From: Nitrospirota bacterium
GTDB lineage: Bacteria > Nitrospirota > UBA9217
Length of the DNA stretch: 64,000 nt
Assembly (NCBI GenBank): GCA_963840455.1
Contig: CAWIYV010000011.1
Location: forward strand, 448,001-512,000
Direction: 5' to 3'
The notes under the pieces: model-generated
Database searches by the model: none
Told to the model about the DNA's origin: nothing
Seen by the model: the letters and a program-made list of their open reading frames with translations, nothing else
Translations under genes and position numbers: made by a program
Shown: positions 59,732 through 64,000 of the stretch, one piece after another
Layout: each line of letters starts with the position of its first letter
Position numbering within the stretch: the first letter of the stretch is position 1

Positions 59732-60754
59732 ATGTCTATCATAGGCCCCTATACTCACCACATTGATCCGATCATCGGAACGATCTTCGGTGTCCACCTC
59801 TGGTGGTATGGCTTGAGCTATACTCTGGGGTTCCTGAACGCCCATCTGTTCATACTGCGCAAGCAGAGCCAGCTCAGCCTCTCTATTCGATCGGCGTACA
59901 CCCTAAGCCTCTTATTGGCGAGTGGTGTTCTTCTTGGTGGCCGTTTCGTCCAGGTCGCATTTTACGAATGGCCATACTTCCGCGAACATCTGAGCTTGAT
60001 CCCGGCCTATTGGCTCGGCGGCATGGCGACCCACGGGCTGTTATTGGGCGGTCTTGTCGGGGTCTGGATATTTGCTCGCCGTCACGGACAGTCATTCTTG
60101 AAGATCACGGACGCGCTCGCTATCCCCGCCGCCGTCATCATGGGGGTGGGGAGGCTCGGCAACTTCATAGACGGCCAGATCGTCGGAAGCGTGACCACCG
60201 TGCCCTGGGCCGTCAAGTTCCCGGACGCCGACGGCTTTCGCCATCCTGTCGTGTTATATGACGCAGTGAAAAATCTTCTCATCGTACCCGTCCTGATGTA
60301 TGTTGAGAAGCGACAGCCACCGCAGGGCGTGCGGACGGGTGTTTTTCTTTTCCTGTACGCCTTTCTGAGAATCTTCGTTGACGTCTTCCGGGAATATCCC
60401 ACAACGATGTTGGGGCTTGCCACCGGGCAGGTTCTGAACATCCTGATGTCTGTTCTTGGCCTCGGCCTGATCCTCGTTCCCTTGTGGAAAAGCCACGGTA
60501 TGTCCAGGGCGGCCGTGCCACCTGCGGTCAACCTGCAAGAGATCCCGGCGCCTGCGGGTCTCCGCTGGCGGAGGCTGGCATTCGCCGCGCTCCTGCTATT
60601 CTCGTTGGTGATGCCAAGTGATTGGACACAGGATATACCGGCCCGTTACGGACCTCGGCATACGTGCCTGAGCTATTCCAGCATTTATCCAAGAATCGAT
60701 GCTTCGCCCAAGTTGGCCCCGTCGACGATCGACCCACAGAACGCGCCGAACTGA
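59732..60754 (+). CDS. lgt: Prolipoprotein diacylglyceryl transferase paralogue with C-terminal extension
   Basis: WYGLSY, GGR, GGMATHGLLLG, GRLGNFIDG, RHPVVLY, R..VDVFREY. Confidence 0.85.
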   Translation: MSIIGPYTHHIDPIIGTIFGVHLWWYGLSYTLGFLNAHLFILRKQSQLSLSIRSAYTLSLLLASGVLLGGRFVQVAFYEWPYFREHLSLIPAYWLGGMATHGLLLGGLVGVWIFARRHGQSFLKITDALAIPAAVIMGVGRLGNFIDGQIVGSVTTVPWAVKFPDADGFRHPVVLYDAVKNLLIVPVLMYVEKRQPPQGVRTGVFLFLYAFLRIFVDVFREYPTTMLGLATGQVLNILMSVLGLGLILVPLWKSHGMSRAAVPPAVNLQEIPAPAGLRWRRLAFAALLLFSLVMPSDWTQDIPARYGPRHTCLSYSSIYPRIDASPKLAPSTIDPQNAPN

Positions 60755-60801
60755 CCATTCCGGTCGACCGCATGTCTCAGGGGCTGAATTTGGCGTTAAC
60801 C
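60745..60801 (+). other. attC-like integron recombination site (57 bp, degenerate)
   Basis: R'' GCCGAAC, 5 bp, L'' ATTCCGGT ... L' GCTGAAT, 5 bp, R' GTTAACC; abuts the lgt stop codon. Confidence 0.55.
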
Positions 60802-60835
60802 GCACCATGAACGAGAAGGTCAGAAGGTCACGTAA

Positions 60836-60890
60836 GAAGTCCCGTGCAACAAGCTACAGGGAATATTCGATCCGTAATGTACTTATCGTT
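60836..60890 (+). mobile_element. Repeat element A, copy 12 (left-end fragment)
   Basis: GAAGTCCCGTGCAACAAGCTACAGGGAATATTCGATCCGTAATGTACTT. Confidence 0.6.
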
Positions 60891-61064
60891 CACCTAAGCG
60901 TTCACTTAAACTTTTTTCTCTCGATCGTGTCTCATTATGTGTATACTGATTCCAGCATGGGACGGCTGCGCAGCCTGGATACAATTTTATTTGCTATGAA
61001 AGCAATCGACGAGGATCAGGTGTCCGCTGGAAACCCCAACGTTAAGAGAGGAAGGACTGCGTCT

Positions 61065-62549
61065 GTGAATAGGACCTTCATAAAGGGCTTTTTGCCGGCA
61101 TTTGTTGTGTGCCTTTCGGCGCTCCTGCCCATTCAGGCCTGGGCGGATGACCCGGACCTGATATACTCAATATCATACACCGATGATGAGCTTGATAACC
61201 TCCTTGCACCCATTGCTCTCTACCCGGATCCTCTCCTGGCCCAGCTACTGCCGGCTTCGACATATCCGACAGAGGTTGCCGATGCGGAAGCGTGGCTCAA
61301 GAGCGGCGGGGATGTGTCAGGTATTGACGATCAGGTTTGGGCTGAGTCCGTCAGGGCAATTGCTCACTATCCAGACATCCTTACCATGATGGCCGAGAAT
61401 ATGGATTGGACTGCAAACGTGGGAGATGCCTTTCTCAACCAGCCGGAAGACGTGACCAATTCGATCCAGCGGCTAAGGTGGCGGGCGAGGGCCGTCGGCA
61501 ATCTTGTTAGTAATGCTGAACAGACTGTTATTATCGAAGGAGATTATATCCAGATCGTTCCGGCTCAGCCTCAGTATCTATACGTCCCTCAGTATGACAC
61601 TTCAGTGGTATATGTCCAAGCTCCAACCATGGGTTATTCGCCTTTTATCACCTTTGGATTTGGCCTGGCGATCGGGGGCTGGCTGAGCATGGACTTCGAC
61701 TGGGGTCACCACCACGTGATCTATCATGGATGGGATCGCCCTGGCTGGGTCAATCATGCAAGGCCATATGTTCACGTAAGGGATGTTTATATCAACCAAA
61801 GCCGGCCCTACATAAATCAAACATGGAGGCATGACAGATCACACGGTGACCCCGCCAGGTACCTGGCATCGCGACCCAGTGGTCCGAACGCCGACCGGTA
61901 TGCGCGCATGGGCGAAGCAAGGGGGAGCACTACATTACAGCCCAGGCCCGCTGGAGGGACGTACGACCGCGGACGGGACGCCTACACATACAGCAATCGC
62001 GGCAGCGAAAGCCGTGGTGTTGTGAACCAGTGGCCGAAACCACCGGCTCAAGGTAGCAGCCAGCGACCGACGACGCCGACTCCGGGTATCAGCCAGCGAC
62101 CGATACCTCCAACTCCGGGTATCAGCCAACGACCGATACCGCCTACTCCGGGTATCAGCCAAAGACCAACACCGCCGACTCCGAGTGTCAGCCAGCGGCC
62201 GACGCCACCAACTCCGGGTATCAGCCAAAGACCAACACCGCCGACTCCGAGGGTCAGCCAGCGACCGACGCCACCAACTCCGGGTAGCAGCGAGCGACCG
62301 ACACCACCGACTCCACGTGTCAGCACCCAGCCTCAGCCCGGTCCTGGTCGCGAGCGCGTGCAGCCTGAAAGGCCACCTTCGGTCACTTTTGGTGGTTACC
62401 GGGGAGGTAAGGAGGCCAAGGAGCAGAGCTCTCGTGGCCAGAACAGCCGCCAGAGCAGTGAGGCGGCACGCCCTTCCCCTGCGCCGGCCAGCCATGGCAA
62501 AGCTCCTGCGGGGAAAAACGACACGGGCGGAGACAGACAACATCGGTAG
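61065..62549 (+). CDS. DUF3300 domain-containing protein
   Basis: Signal peptide AWA-DD from GTG 61065; ELDNLLAPIALYPDPLLAQLLPASTYP, DAFLNQ, YVPQYD. Confidence 0.9.
   Translation: MNRTFIKGFLPAFVVCLSALLPIQAWADDPDLIYSISYTDDELDNLLAPIALYPDPLLAQLLPASTYPTEVADAEAWLKSGGDVSGIDDQVWAESVRAIAHYPDILTMMAENMDWTANVGDAFLNQPEDVTNSIQRLRWRARAVGNLVSNAEQTVIIEGDYIQIVPAQPQYLYVPQYDTSVVYVQAPTMGYSPFITFGFGLAIGGWLSMDFDWGHHHVIYHGWDRPGWVNHARPYVHVRDVYINQSRPYINQTWRHDRSHGDPARYLASRPSGPNADRYARMGEARGSTTLQPRPAGGTYDRGRDAYTYSNRGSESRGVVNQWPKPPAQGSSQRPTTPTPGISQRPIPPTPGISQRPIPPTPGISQRPTPPTPSVSQRPTPPTPGISQRPTPPTPRVSQRPTPPTPGSSERPTPPTPRVSTQPQPGPGRERVQPERPPSVTFGGYRGGKEAKEQSSRGQNSRQSSEAARPSPAPASHGKAPAGKNDTGGDRQHR
62058..62321 (+). repeat. 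Intragenic 33-bp tandem repeat, 8 units (SQRPTPPTPGI)
   Basis: Exact 33-bp period read from the sequence; many synonymous differences between units. Confidence 0.95.
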
Positions 62550-62615
62550 GGGGCAGGTTTGTTTCAAGTATTTTCGACAACGGGTCATAAATTGAATTCA
62601 GAAAGGGAAAAAACC

Positions 62616-63584
62616 ATGGAGACAATTCACAAGAAATCCCTATCTCGTTCCCCACGGGGTATGATCTTTATTGCTGCGCTATTGATAACCGCGGTGTCGG
62701 TCCTTTTCTGGAGCATGCCGCTCATGGCGGCATCGCAAAAATATTTCCCCTCTCCCGAAGATGCCTTGAAAGAACTCGTTGCGGCTGTCAAGGCAAAAGA
62801 CAAGGCTGCACTCGATCAAATATTCGGACCCTCCGGAAAAGACCTTCGCTCTAGTGACGAAGTGCAGGCCGCCAACGAATTTGAGGAGTTTACCAAACAC
62901 GTAGCGGAGAAAACCAGCCTCGTGAAAGAGAATGATTCAAGGGTGATCATTCACCTAGGCAACGAGAACTGGCCATATCCGATTCCCCTTGTAAAAAAGA
63001 ATGGCCAATGGTTCTTTGATACCGAAGCGGGTAAAGAAGAGGTCCTGAACCGAAGGATCGGAGAAGACGAGCTCACTGCCATGCTGGTCTGTCGCTCATA
63101 CGTCAAGGCACAGCGCGAGTATATCCTGAAGGACTGGGATGGTGACGGGATCCTTGCGTATGCACAGAAACTTCGGAGCGATCCCGGCAAGAGGAACGGT
63201 CTCTTCTGGAGACACGCGCCAGGCGAACCAGTGAGTCCGCTGGGTGAACTTGTGGCAAAGGCAAGGATAGAAGGCTATAAGAAGGAAAAGACTGTGTTTA
63301 AGGAACAGCCGGTGCCGTTTCATGGCTACTATTTCAAGATACTGACACAACAGGGAGAGCATGTGCCTGGCGGAAAATACGATTACATCATCAATGGCAA
63401 CATGGTCGGTGGCTTCGGTCTGGTCGCATTTCCATCGAACTGGGGCAAGTCGGGCGTGATGACCTTTATCGTAAACCAGCAGGGCAAGGTTTTTCAGAAA
63501 AACCTCGGACCGGACACCATGAAGATCGCTCAGGAGATGCAATCGTACGATTCAGACGACACGTGGACATTGGTTAAGGAGTGA
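62616..63584 (+). CDS. DUF2950 domain-containing protein
   Basis: WPYPIPLVK..W.FD..AG.EE...RRIGEDEL, PFHGYYFKIL, GVMTFIVN; usual neighbour of DUF3300. Confidence 0.92.
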   Translation: METIHKKSLSRSPRGMIFIAALLITAVSVLFWSMPLMAASQKYFPSPEDALKELVAAVKAKDKAALDQIFGPSGKDLRSSDEVQAANEFEEFTKHVAEKTSLVKENDSRVIIHLGNENWPYPIPLVKKNGQWFFDTEAGKEEVLNRRIGEDELTAMLVCRSYVKAQREYILKDWDGDGILAYAQKLRSDPGKRNGLFWRHAPGEPVSPLGELVAKARIEGYKKEKTVFKEQPVPFHGYYFKILTQQGEHVPGGKYDYIINGNMVGGFGLVAFPSNWGKSGVMTFIVNQQGKVFQKNLGPDTMKIAQEMQSYDSDDTWTLVKE

Positions 63585-63826
63585 TACGTCTTTTAGATCT
63601 CCACATGAGCGAATCCGCGGGAGGATCAAAAAGCCCTTCTCGGCAAGGTGATGAGTAGAAAGCTTGAACAATATCACAGGAAAATGAAATCGATACCCAG
63701 CAGATTCTCATTGTAGATAGCCGCGATGAGGGAAACGCGAGGGGGACGTTGCTGCGGGTTGTTTAGCTTATCTCAGTGTCCTCGGTGAACTCTGCGGCTC
63801 GAAGAATTTAATGCCCCTGTTATTTC

Positions 63827-64000
63827 CTACCGAACGAAATAGACAGCAGCTACCACCAGCCCGACAGCGATCACGATCCAGCGCAAGACGATCGGCTGGA
63901 TCCTGCTCGCCACCCTGCCGCCAAGCACGCCGCCCGCCAGCGCTCCCACAGCCATGACCGCAGCAGCGGTCCAGAGCACCTTGCCGGAGAAGAGGAAGAA
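63827..64000 (-). CDS. TauE/SafE-family membrane protein, C-terminal part (starts outside window)
   Basis: FFLFSGKVLWTAAAVMAVGALAGGVLGGRVASRIQPIVLRWIVIAVGLVVAAVYFVR*. Confidence 0.7.
   Translation of the reverse strand, partial: FFLFSGKVLWTAAAVMAVGALAGGVLGGRVASRIQPIVLRWIVIAVGLVVAAVYFVR

Noticed and set aside
60699-61064. N-terminal 122 aa of the 616-aa ORF
   Set aside because: It runs through the lgt end, the attC-like site and a repeat fragment; the signal peptide and RBS point to GTG 61065 as the start.

Overview
A GC-rich (~60% by eye) bacterial chromosomal segment. The gene content (split F0F1 operon with two b subunits, multiheme cytochrome, flavodiiron protein/rubredoxin, FTR-beta/redoxin pair) suggests an anaerobic or microaerobic Nitrospirota- or Desulfobacterota-like organism; this is inference. 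Housekeeping genes: RNB ribonuclease, aroK, pfkA, radC, atpF'FHAGDC, prfC, uvrA, nadB. Accessory modules: (i) a 13-heme cytochrome c with a cytochrome b; (ii) a translationally coupled radC-HEAT-GT2-TPR/glycoside hydrolase-Tat deacetylase-TPR/beta-barrel operon that looks like an uncharacterised synthase-dependent exopolysaccharide system; (iii) a TonB receptor, two solute-binding proteins and a HAMP-GGDEF-EAL protein; (iv) a GlrK/GlrR-like two-component system beside a full sigma54 promoter (-24/-12, IHF site, palindromic enhancer) driving an orphan operon that ends in an MsrB homologue lacking its catalytic Cys; (v) a mosaic at 56-61 kb with duplicated mdcA remnants and an lgt paralogue bounded by an attC-like site. 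The intergenic DNA is densely colonised by small structured repeats: about 12 copies of a ~115-bp twin-hairpin element with TTGA...TTCA ends and compensatory stem changes (IS200/IS605-derived, PATE-like), two further palindromic families stacked with it in inverted composite arrays, and several 7- and 9-mer-periodic hairpins. No transposase, integrase, rRNA, tRNA or CRISPR array was seen. Clustered frameshifts at 8.8-9.1 kb and 36.4-38.0 kb may be sequencing errors.
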